From Candidatus Staskawiczbacteria bacterium (lineage in GTDB: Bacteria; Patescibacteriota; Minisyncoccia; Minisyncoccales; Staskawiczbacteraceae): a DNA stretch of 41,074 bases. The notes beneath the pieces were generated by a model that saw nothing but the letters and a program-made list of their open reading frames with translations, was not told where the DNA came from and did not search any database. Below, one piece after another: positions 9,952-17,288 of the stretch. The position numbers and the translations under genes were made by a program. The DNA lies in the NCBI GenBank assembly GCA_903854535.1, contig CAINWR010000027.1, positions 1 to 41,074 on the forward strand, given 5' to 3'. Each line of letters starts with the position of its first letter. Within the stretch, counting starts at the first letter, position 1.

Positions 9952-10632
9952 TTAAATATGTTCTTTTACGCAATCAAGAGAGAGGTTTTTAAACTTATTT
10001 ATTGCTTGTTTGTTGAATAAATTTTCCTGCCTTAAAAATGGTTTGATTATTCTTAATGCAAACGCCCAAGCCTTTCTTTCTGATAACACAATTTCTTGAT
10101 TTGTATTTGTTTTTCTAAATGGTTTTCCATATTTCTCTGGCTCTGCGTGAATATGACCAATTTCATGTAATAATGCAAGTATTACTTTTGGTTCTGTTAT
10201 GTCTCCATAAACAGTTACGATTTTTTCTTCAGGGTATTCGCCACTTTTTTCTAAATCATTAGATTTTGGATCAAATAAAGCTCGGCAATCTTCTGGCATA
10301 ATATCCATTATATTTATTTCATAGTCATCAATTTTTAAAATTAGGTGGCTAATTTCTAAAAAAAATCTTTTTTGTTCCTCATCTGAAAAATATGCAGATG
10401 TTCTATACTCAATAAGTAAGGTGATGCCCCCATTTTTAATTTCCATTCCACAAACCTCGTCATATTTTACTTCGCCAATTTTTTGCGATAGAAAAATTAA
10501 AGCACCCCTAGTTGCTTCTTGTTCTTTTGGGTTGCTTATTCTTTGTTTAATAATTTTTTCTACTCCTTCTGATATTGGGTAGGAATTTTCTAATTTTAGC
10601 CCTTCATTTTCTCGTTCAATTGGTTCTTTCAT
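9952..10632 (-). CDS. Hypothetical protein with HExxH zinc-metallopeptidase-like motif
   Basis: ALLHEIGH followed by ERKAWAFA. Confidence 0.65.
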   Translation of the reverse strand: MKEPIERENEGLKLENSYPISEGVEKIIKQRISNPKEQEATRGALIFLSQKIGEVKYDEVCGMEIKNGGITLLIEYRTSAYFSDEEQKRFFLEISHLILKIDDYEINIMDIMPEDCRALFDPKSNDLEKSGEYPEEKIVTVYGDITEPKVILALLHEIGHIHAEPEKYGKPFRKTNTNQEIVLSERKAWAFALRIIKPFLRQENLFNKQAINKFKNLSLDCVKEHI

Positions 10633-10660
10633 AATTTTTTATTTAATTTAAATTTGTCCC

Positions 10661-10688
10661 TTGACAAGAAGTTTTAATTTGCTATAAT
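10661..10688 (+). promoter_or_regulatory. Consensus sigma70 promoter pointing into the 3' end of the pemK gene
   Basis: TTGACA(10661-66)-16 bp-TATAAT(10683-88); no plausible + strand ORF downstream. Confidence 0.7.
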
Positions 10689-10694
10689 TAATCT

Positions 10695-10766
10695 ACAAAC
10701 GGCTTCGGCCCTCTCTTGCTTAAAAACAAGAGTAACTATCTGAGAAGCGCTATAAGCGCTTCTTTT
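10695..10766 (+). ncRNA. Candidate small antisense RNA convergent with pemK/mazF
   Basis: GGC-UUCG-GCC (10701-10), ctcttg/caagag (10713-32), terminator-like agaagcgct-ata-agcgcttct-ttt (10743-66). Confidence 0.55.
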
Positions 10767-11113
10767 AGTTTGGTAAAATTATTCTCGCTCATTGTATCAA
10801 TTTTATACTGTAATCTTTTTGTGTCTATCAATCTAATTTGTGACAATATCGCTACGCTTTGATTTGAAATTTTAAAGTAGTATTTTCCTATTTTATCGGT
10901 TCTAGTTAGTGGTAATATCCATGCTACATCATTATTAAATTTTAGTAAAATAACTGCAGGTCGCAAAAAATTTTCACCACTGCCATCTTGTTCAAATCCA
11001 ACATTTTCTCCAAGCGAAGCAAACCAAATTTCTCGTTCATGAAAAAATGGACGTTTTTTATCGTTATGGATTTTTGATTTTCTATCGTGCCATTTTTTAT
11101 AATCCTTTTTCAT
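10736..11113 (-). CDS. PemK/MazF-family endoribonuclease toxin-like protein, no adjacent protein antitoxin
   Basis: EIWFASLGENVGFEQDG, RPAVIL, LPLT, LSQIRLIDTKRL; starts 2 bp after the ppsA stop. Confidence 0.85.
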   Translation of the reverse strand: MKKDYKKWHDRKSKIHNDKKRPFFHEREIWFASLGENVGFEQDGSGENFLRPAVILLKFNNDVAWILPLTRTDKIGKYYFKISNQSVAILSQIRLIDTKRLQYKIDTMSENNFTKLKEALIALLR

Positions 11114-11115
11114 TT

Positions 11116-13569
11116 CTATTTTTGTAATTTTTTTTCAAGAGCTGATATGGCGATTTTGGTTTTTAAAACTGCATCGGGGGAGAGGGATAAAGACTCTATT
11201 CCTTTTTCTACTAAGAACTCTGCAAAGTCTGGGAAAGTAGATGGGCCGTCGCCACAAATTCCAATATATTTGTCATTGTTTTTACAAACTCTTATTGCTT
11301 CTTCAAAAAGTTCTTTGGTAGCTTCATTTTTTTCATTGCCAATATGAGCTATTTCTCCATTATCACGATCTAAGCCCAAGGTCAATTGAGTCAAATCATT
11401 TGATCCTATAGAAAATCCATCAAAAATTTCTAAAAACTTTTCAGCTAAAATCACATTAGCTGGGATTTCACACATAACATAAATTTTTAATCCAGATTCT
11501 TGAGATAACCCATTCTCCTTCATTATGGCAATAACTTTTTTACCCTCTTCTACGGTCCTACAAAATGGAATCATAACTTGCACATTATCAAGCCCATATT
11601 CTTCTCTTACTTTTTTGATAGCCCTACACTCTAAAGCAAAAGCATCTTTGAATTTTGGATCATAGTAGCGCGAAGCTCCGCGAAAACCAATCATAGGGTT
11701 TTCTTCTTTTGGCTCAAAAGTTTCTCCCCCAACAAGCGACCTATATTCATTGGTTTTAAAATCTGAAAATCTTACAATCACTTGTTTTGGATAAAATGCT
11801 GCCCCTATTTTACCAATACCTTGAGCTAATTTATCAATATAAAATTGTATCTTACTCGCCTCGCGTCGAAGCGGGTCATCCCATCCTGCTGTAATTTTAT
11901 CTACTTGAGTTTTTGTTTTTTTATCTAATTTATTATAATTTAAAAGAGCAAGCGGGTGTACTTTTATATAATTGGCAATTATGAATTCTTCGCGAGCAAG
12001 CCCCACGCCATCATTTGGAATAAAGCTTAAGGCAAAAGCATGATCTGGCTCTCCCAAGTTCATAGTAATTTTGGTTTTGGTTTTTTCTATATTAGATATA
12101 TCTGTTTTTTTAATTTCAAAAGGTATTATGCCCTCATAAACTTTCCCTTCTTCGCCTTCTGCACAAGAAACTGTAATTTCTTGCCCAGATTTTATTTTTT
12201 TAGATCCTGTAACAGACCCAACCACAACAGGAATACCAAGCTCTCTTCCAATTATTGCAGCATGGCAAGTTCTACCACCTCTATCTGTGACAATAGCTGA
12301 AGCTATTTTCATAGCAGGCACCCAATCTGGATCTGTCATTTCAGTTACTAAAACTTCCCCAGCTTTAAATTCTGCTACATTTTTTACATCTTTTATTACG
12401 TGAGCTTTCCCTTGCCCAATTTTATTTCCCACACTAAGGCCTATTACTATAGTTTGTAGTTTATGATTTATAGTTTGTAGTTTATACTCCTCTAGTACAC
12501 TTAAATTTTTTTTGCTTTGAACTGTTTCTGGTCTTGCTTGTACAATAAATAATTTTCCTGTTTTTCCATCTTTAGCCCATTCCATATCCATAGATTTTTT
12601 GTAATGTTCTTCAACTATTATTGCCCATTTTGCTAATTGCAAAGCTTCATCATCTGATATAGAAAAACTTTCACGTTCTTTTTTGCTTGTAATAATATTT
12701 TTTGTTGGATCTTTGGCTTTGGTGTTTGGATTATAAACTAATTTTTCTTCTTTAACTCCTAGTTTCTTATCTATAACTGGTTTAAAACCCTTTTTAAGCG
12801 TAGTTTCGAAAATATAAAATTGATCAGGATCAACTCTTCCTTTTACTATATGTTCTCCTAATCCATAGCTAGCATTAATAAGCACTACATCACCAAATCC
12901 AGATTCAGTATCACAAGAAAACATAATTCCAGAAACTCCAAGATCAGATCTTACCATTTTTTGTATTCCTACAGATGAACCTACTTTGAGTTGATCAAGT
13001 CCAAGCTGATTTCTGTAAACAATAGCTCTATCTGTAAAGAAAGAAGAAAAACAATCTTTGACTGCTTTAACTAATCTCTCATGGCCAGAGATATTTAAAT
13101 AGGTCTCAAATTGCCCAGCGAAAGAAGCATCTGGATTATCTTCTGCAACTCCTGAAGTTCTTACTGCTACATCAGTATTTTCAAATTGTTCTGAGCTTGT
13201 TGAAGGGTATTTTTTTGACAAATCATCATAAGCATCAAATAATTCTTTTTGCAAATCTTCTGGTAATTCTGCGTTTAGTAATAAATCTCTGCAAGCCTTA
13301 CCAACTTGTTGGACGCTTTTTACATTTTTAGGATCTAAAGTTTTAAAGACATTATTAAGTTTTTCTTCTAATCCATTTTCTTTGATAAACTTCCAATAGA
13401 AATTTGTAGTTAAAGCAAATCCATCTGGTACAGCAACCCCTTTTGAAGTAAGCTGTGTAAACATTTCACCTAAGCTTGCATTTTTTCCACCAACTAGCGG
13501 GACATCAGTCATTCTTAATTCTGAAAAGTGTAAAATATTTTTTTGATCTCTATTTATTTCATTTGCCAT
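11116..13569 (-). CDS. ppsA: Phosphoenolpyruvate synthase
   Basis: VGGKNASLGEM, SFAGQFET, phospho-His motif GGRTCHAAI, FSIGSNDLTQLTLGLDRD. Confidence 0.96.
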   Translation of the reverse strand: MANEINRDQKNILHFSELRMTDVPLVGGKNASLGEMFTQLTSKGVAVPDGFALTTNFYWKFIKENGLEEKLNNVFKTLDPKNVKSVQQVGKACRDLLLNAELPEDLQKELFDAYDDLSKKYPSTSSEQFENTDVAVRTSGVAEDNPDASFAGQFETYLNISGHERLVKAVKDCFSSFFTDRAIVYRNQLGLDQLKVGSSVGIQKMVRSDLGVSGIMFSCDTESGFGDVVLINASYGLGEHIVKGRVDPDQFYIFETTLKKGFKPVIDKKLGVKEEKLVYNPNTKAKDPTKNIITSKKERESFSISDDEALQLAKWAIIVEEHYKKSMDMEWAKDGKTGKLFIVQARPETVQSKKNLSVLEEYKLQTINHKLQTIVIGLSVGNKIGQGKAHVIKDVKNVAEFKAGEVLVTEMTDPDWVPAMKIASAIVTDRGGRTCHAAIIGRELGIPVVVGSVTGSKKIKSGQEITVSCAEGEEGKVYEGIIPFEIKKTDISNIEKTKTKITMNLGEPDHAFALSFIPNDGVGLAREEFIIANYIKVHPLALLNYNKLDKKTKTQVDKITAGWDDPLRREASKIQFYIDKLAQGIGKIGAAFYPKQVIVRFSDFKTNEYRSLVGGETFEPKEENPMIGFRGASRYYDPKFKDAFALECRAIKKVREEYGLDNVQVMIPFCRTVEEGKKVIAIMKENGLSQESGLKIYVMCEIPANVILAEKFLEIFDGFSIGSNDLTQLTLGLDRDNGEIAHIGNEKNEATKELFEEAIRVCKNNDKYIGICGDGPSTFPDFAEFLVEKGIESLSLSPDAVLKTKIAISALEKKLQK
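11855..11875. repeat. 21-bp palindromic element CTCGCC-N6-CGAAGCGGG, in frame in ppsA
   Basis: ctcgcc-tcgcgt-cgaagcggg, read as PLRREAS. Confidence 0.65.
12450..12484. repeat. Heptamer array (TAGTTTR)x5 inside ppsA
   Basis: tagtttg tagttta tgattta tagtttg tagttta, read as KLQTINHKLQ; same unit at 25252-25286. Confidence 0.7.
13186..13208. repeat. Degenerate REP-like element in frame in ppsA
   Basis: ttgttctgagcttgttgaagggt, read as PSTSSEQ; resembles 6276-6300. Confidence 0.6.
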
Positions 13570-13623
13570 AATTTTTTATATTTTAAAAAATAATATTCAT
13601 TAATTATATCTTTTTGTAGGGAA

Positions 13624-13663
13624 GTCCGCAAACCTTGACTTTTTATAAATTGTAGTATAAACT
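13624..13663 (+). promoter_or_regulatory. sigma70-like promoter containing a 16-bp direct repeat
   Basis: gtccgcaaaccTTGACT-17 bp-TAAACT; the 16-mer is repeated exactly at 16337-16352. Confidence 0.55.
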
Positions 13664-13719
13664 ATATCTGTGGATCATTGACAACAATTTCTTGTTCTTG
13701 TGAATTTCCGGAGGATAAA

Positions 13720-14871
13720 GTGATTGATCAAGAACTTCAAGCAAAACTTGATGCCCTAAAAGAAATTAAGGGGCAGTACATGGTCGGATCCCAGACTGCT
13801 TACTGGTTTCTAAAGGCGCGGCGACACTATGACAACTTGTGCAATCGTCTCCACAAGTTGGGGTGCAACATCAGTGTAAACGAAGCGTCTTTGGTAACCG
13901 GCAACATCTTGACCGCATCGAAGACTGCAATAGCGATGACCTTGGTTGTAAACAGCACCATGGATCATCCGTATGTTGGTCTCGACACCTGTGTCCATGC
14001 ATTTGTACTCCCGACGCTACTTCAAGAAAGGAAAACAAAAATAAATAACTTGCATCAAGTCGGCGAAGTGGTCTGGACAGTCGATCCGTTGCCGATTTTC
14101 AAGCTCGTGCTAGACGAGTCTCGGGCGACAGACATATCGCCAGAATTCTCGGTTGGCGCGGTGCTTAAGCTCTTACTTTCGGATGTCGCACGACATGTAA
14201 AGTTCTTGGTCTGTTGCAGGACCGGAGAAAGAGTTTCTCTTTCAAACGTGGCGGAGAGAACGGAATTCCGCAATGCCCGCCGGGATACTCTTGAAGATCT
14301 GATTTTGCAAAGATTGGAATACCTTAATACGTTAGATGATGAAGTGGCCGAGGAAATTGACGAAGATTATCTTCGCCTCGTCCGGCAACTTTCAGAATCT
14401 TACGATCAAAAAGATCTTTCACAGTGCCATCTGATAATGCAGGTGATAACGGTGAGGGAAATCACTCAATCGCTCGAAATGGAAATGGTCACGGTGGTTC
14501 GCGAAAGTTGCTTGCAAGAAGAATGCCTGCTTCTGCTCGGGGTTGAGCAAATCTTTGCCAGAGCCGAAGCAGAGTATACTCTCGGCACGATCGATGTGGA
14601 GCGGCGTATAGCAGTGAATCTCGTCTATGAGCACATGCAATCAGTCGGAGAGATCACACGATCAGAGCAATCTGAGCAGTTGATCGACCTTGCGATTGCG
14701 GAGTTTCTCCGTAAAAGAGATGTTAGTAAAAGACGTCTTGCGCAGTTGGTTGATCTTGATGTTCCAGACCAGATCATTCGAGACGAGGAATATCTACTTA
14801 AAAAGCGACGATACTTTTATTTGTCGCTCAAGAAGAATCGGTCATGGCTGATTGCTTTCTTTGCCAGATGA
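13720..14871 (+). CDS. Hypothetical protein (GC-richer ORFan)
   Basis: Long ORF; GGAGG at 13710-14 precedes GTG at 13720; has its own promoter and terminator; no family recognised. Confidence 0.7.
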   Translation: MIDQELQAKLDALKEIKGQYMVGSQTAYWFLKARRHYDNLCNRLHKLGCNISVNEASLVTGNILTASKTAIAMTLVVNSTMDHPYVGLDTCVHAFVLPTLLQERKTKINNLHQVGEVVWTVDPLPIFKLVLDESRATDISPEFSVGAVLKLLLSDVARHVKFLVCCRTGERVSLSNVAERTEFRNARRDTLEDLILQRLEYLNTLDDEVAEEIDEDYLRLVRQLSESYDQKDLSQCHLIMQVITVREITQSLEMEMVTVVRESCLQEECLLLLGVEQIFARAEAEYTLGTIDVERRIAVNLVYEHMQSVGEITRSEQSEQLIDLAIAEFLRKRDVSKRRLAQLVDLDVPDQIIRDEEYLLKKRRYFYLSLKKNRSWLIAFFAR

Positions 14872-14892
14872 GTTGCGATAGCTGGATACGTG

Positions 14893-14928
14893 GCCAGTGG
14901 GACGGGCAAACCGACCACTGGCTTTTTT
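14893..14928 (+). terminator. Intrinsic terminator
   Basis: gccagtgg...ccactggc followed by T6. Confidence 0.8.
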
Positions 14929-15056
14929 ATTTTAGCTTAGCTGTCTAAATACTTTGTGGGTACGATCGTAGTGACAAGGTGTTTTGCAAATTTTTGGGGA
15001 TTTTGGGATTTTATGGTATATTGTAAATAGTTCAAAATATAAAATAAAAATTTTCA

Positions 15057-15575
15057 ATGAAAAAGTTTTTTTTAGCAATATTGTTGTTTTTAGTAATAGC
15101 TATACCAGTGATGGCAGAAGAATGTCCTTTTGGCCTAAAAAATGATGCTTATCCTGGGCAATGTGGAAGATATATAGATAAAAATAAAGACGGCTATTGT
15201 GATTATTCTGAAAACGAAAATGAAGTTGTAAGTTCTACAAATGAAGAAATTAAAAAATCTCCATATAATTTTTTGGCAATTACTTTTATTACAATAGGAG
15301 TTTATATTATTTCTTGGCTTTTGGCAAAAAATAAAAAAATCACTGTAATTCAACATAGAAAATTTTGGAATATTTTGCTTTTAGCTTCTTTTATAATCAC
15401 CGCCATTACTTCTGTAGTTTATCTTTTGCGATTGGAATTTGGTATAGAAATAGGGGAAATTAAAGATTTATCTTTTTGGCACATAGAAATAGGTTATTTT
15501 ATGATTTTAGTTTCTATATTTCATAGTTTGTGGCATATTCCTTATTTTAAGACGATATTTTATGCAAGAAAATAA
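15057..15575 (+). CDS. Membrane protein with exported Cys-containing N-terminal motif and His-containing TM helices (DUF4405-like)
   Basis: Signal peptide, CPFG..YPGQCGRYID..DGYCD, WHIEIG...FHSLWH; overlaps arsM by 14 nt. Confidence 0.7.
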   Translation: MKKFFLAILLFLVIAIPVMAEECPFGLKNDAYPGQCGRYIDKNKDGYCDYSENENEVVSSTNEEIKKSPYNFLAITFITIGVYIISWLLAKNKKITVIQHRKFWNILLLASFIITAITSVVYLLRLEFGIEIGEIKDLSFWHIEIGYFMILVSIFHSLWHIPYFKTIFYARK

Positions 15576-16296
15576 TATCAAAGAAATTGTAAAAGATGCT
15601 TACAAAAAAATAGCTACAGAAGATAAAAAATGTGGCTGTAGTTGTAGTAGTGCTAAAAATATTTCAAAAAGTATAGGATATACAGAAGAAGAATTGAAAA
15701 TTGTGGGCCAAGCAAATTTGGGTTTGGGGTGTGGCAATCCTTTGGCTTTTGGTAAAATAAAAGAAGGCGATATTGTGCTTGATTTAGGCTGTGGGGCTGG
15801 GATAGATGCAATTTTGGCAGCTAAAAAAGTTGGTAAAAATGGCAAAGTGATTGGCGTAGATATGACAGAGGAAATGATCAAAAAAGCTAAAGAAAACGCT
15901 AAAAACAGCGGAGTTGAAAATACAGATTTTTTATTAGGAGAAATTGAAAATTTGCCCTTGCCAGATAATTTTGTAGATACAATAATTACAAATTGCGTAA
16001 TAAATTTGACTCCAGACAAAGCCAAAACATTTTCAGAAGCTTATAGGGTTTTAAAGCCGGGCGGGCAAATTTATCTTTCTGATATTGTATTATTACAAGA
16101 ACTTACACAAGAGCAAAGAAATAACAATGAATTAATTTCTGGTTGCGTGGCAGGAGCTTTGTTGAGAGATGATTATTTGGCAAAAATAAAACAAGCAGGA
16201 TTTAACGTAAAAATTTTGCATGAAAATACGGGTATTAGCAAACAGCAATATAATGGAATTCCTTTGGAAAGCATAATGGTCCAATTAGTAAAATAA
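15562..16296 (+). CDS. arsM: Arsenite methyltransferase
   Basis: CGCSC, GLGCGNP, SAM motif VLDLGCGAG, NCVINL, GCVAGA. Confidence 0.88.
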   Translation: MQENNIKEIVKDAYKKIATEDKKCGCSCSSAKNISKSIGYTEEELKIVGQANLGLGCGNPLAFGKIKEGDIVLDLGCGAGIDAILAAKKVGKNGKVIGVDMTEEMIKKAKENAKNSGVENTDFLLGEIENLPLPDNFVDTIITNCVINLTPDKAKTFSEAYRVLKPGGQIYLSDIVLLQELTQEQRNNNELISGCVAGALLRDDYLAKIKQAGFNVKILHENTGISKQQYNGIPLESIMVQLVK

Positions 16297-16336
16297 ATTT
16301 TAAAATTTGAAGCTGGGCTTAGTTCAGTTTTTTGTT

Positions 16337-16377
16337 GTCCGCAAACCTTGACATAAATAACAATCATATGTTATTAT
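16337..16377 (+). promoter_or_regulatory. sigma70 promoter with extended -10, second copy of the 16-bp repeat
   Basis: gtccgcaaaccTTGACA-18 bp-TATTAT with TG at 16369-70. Confidence 0.6.
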
Positions 16378-16416
16378 TAAATATGCATTTCAGACGACCT
16401 TAATGGGGAAAATTCG

Positions 16417-16584
16417 ATGTTTAAAGAAGTTTATTCAATTCGATTGTCATGTAACGTGAAGGCCCAACTCGATAAAGTTGCCGAGGCCGAAGAGCGTACC
16501 GTTTCTTGGTTGATTAATCGAGCCGTCAAAGAATTTCTTGCACGCAGAGAAGAAAATCAAGTAGCAGAGAAGCGCGGCAGCTGA
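16417..16584 (+). CDS. Ribbon-helix-helix (CopG/Arc-like) DNA-binding protein, 55 aa, not in the ORF track
   Basis: MFKEVYSIRLSCNVKAQLDKVAEAEERTVSWLINRAVKEFLARREENQVAEKRGS; GGGGA upstream; flanked by promoter and terminator. Confidence 0.75.
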   Translation: MFKEVYSIRLSCNVKAQLDKVAEAEERTVSWLINRAVKEFLARREENQVAEKRGS

Positions 16585-16605
16585 ATCCAGCAGGAATTGC
16601 TATTG

Positions 16606-16658
16606 GCCGTTGAGCGGGGGAGAAGGACTAAAAATTCAAACCCCACCCAACGGCTTTT
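16606..16658 (+). terminator. Intrinsic terminator
   Basis: gccgttg..gggg...cccc..caacggc followed by tttt. Confidence 0.65.
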
Positions 16659-16735
16659 CTATTATATTTTTTTTGTTAAAATTATGAAAAAAGGCGACTT
16701 TGTGGGTCGCCACTGTGCACCGCTAAAGTTTTTTA

Positions 16736-17197
16736 TTAGCGGGCGCTCATTTCAAAAGACTCGATCCTTGTCTCGTGGTCTCTTGTTTTTTTGTGCAGAT
16801 AATTTATCCAACGGATTGCACTTAATATAAACTCCTCTTGTTTTTTCTGTTGAGAGATTTGCTCTTGGCACCACTGGCGAAGTTCACCATAGGTGCAAAC
16901 GCTTATCGGAATTTGGAGTGGTAGGAGGCCGATGTCATCTAAAATAATGCCAAAGAAATTGTCTGAAAGTTTTGCTATGCGTACCAATCTTACAGAATCG
17001 CAAGAAAATCTTTGTTCTCCAATTAGAATTATAGCTATGCCATGATTATTGCTGGCATATTTACCACCTAATTGAGAGCCTTCAAATAATTCCTCGCCAT
17101 TGCTTCCTTTAGGAAAAAGAATGATATTGTTAAAGGGTAATTGAATGGGTTCGATCATTTTTTTGTTCCTTATAAAAGGGTAAGAAATTGTATGCAT
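16736..17197 (-). CDS. Hypothetical protein (ORFan); true start may be MIEPIQ at 17158
   Basis: 153-aa ORF; AAGGA precedes the second Met; ggcgac/gtcgcc + U-tract terminator at 16688-16711. Confidence 0.55.
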   Translation of the reverse strand: MHTISYPFIRNKKMIEPIQLPFNNIILFPKGSNGEELFEGSQLGGKYASNNHGIAIILIGEQRFSCDSVRLVRIAKLSDNFFGIILDDIGLLPLQIPISVCTYGELRQWCQEQISQQKKQEEFILSAIRWINYLHKKTRDHETRIESFEMSAR

Positions 17198-17288
17198 TTA
17201 TATATTATGTTTTACATAGACTATTGTCAATAGTAAAAAAGTTTGATATTATTAGAAATTGTTATAATTAAATAAAATGTAAATATAT

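Noticed and set aside
16597-16830. 77-aa ORF
   Set aside because: Spans two convergent terminators; no ribosome-binding signal.
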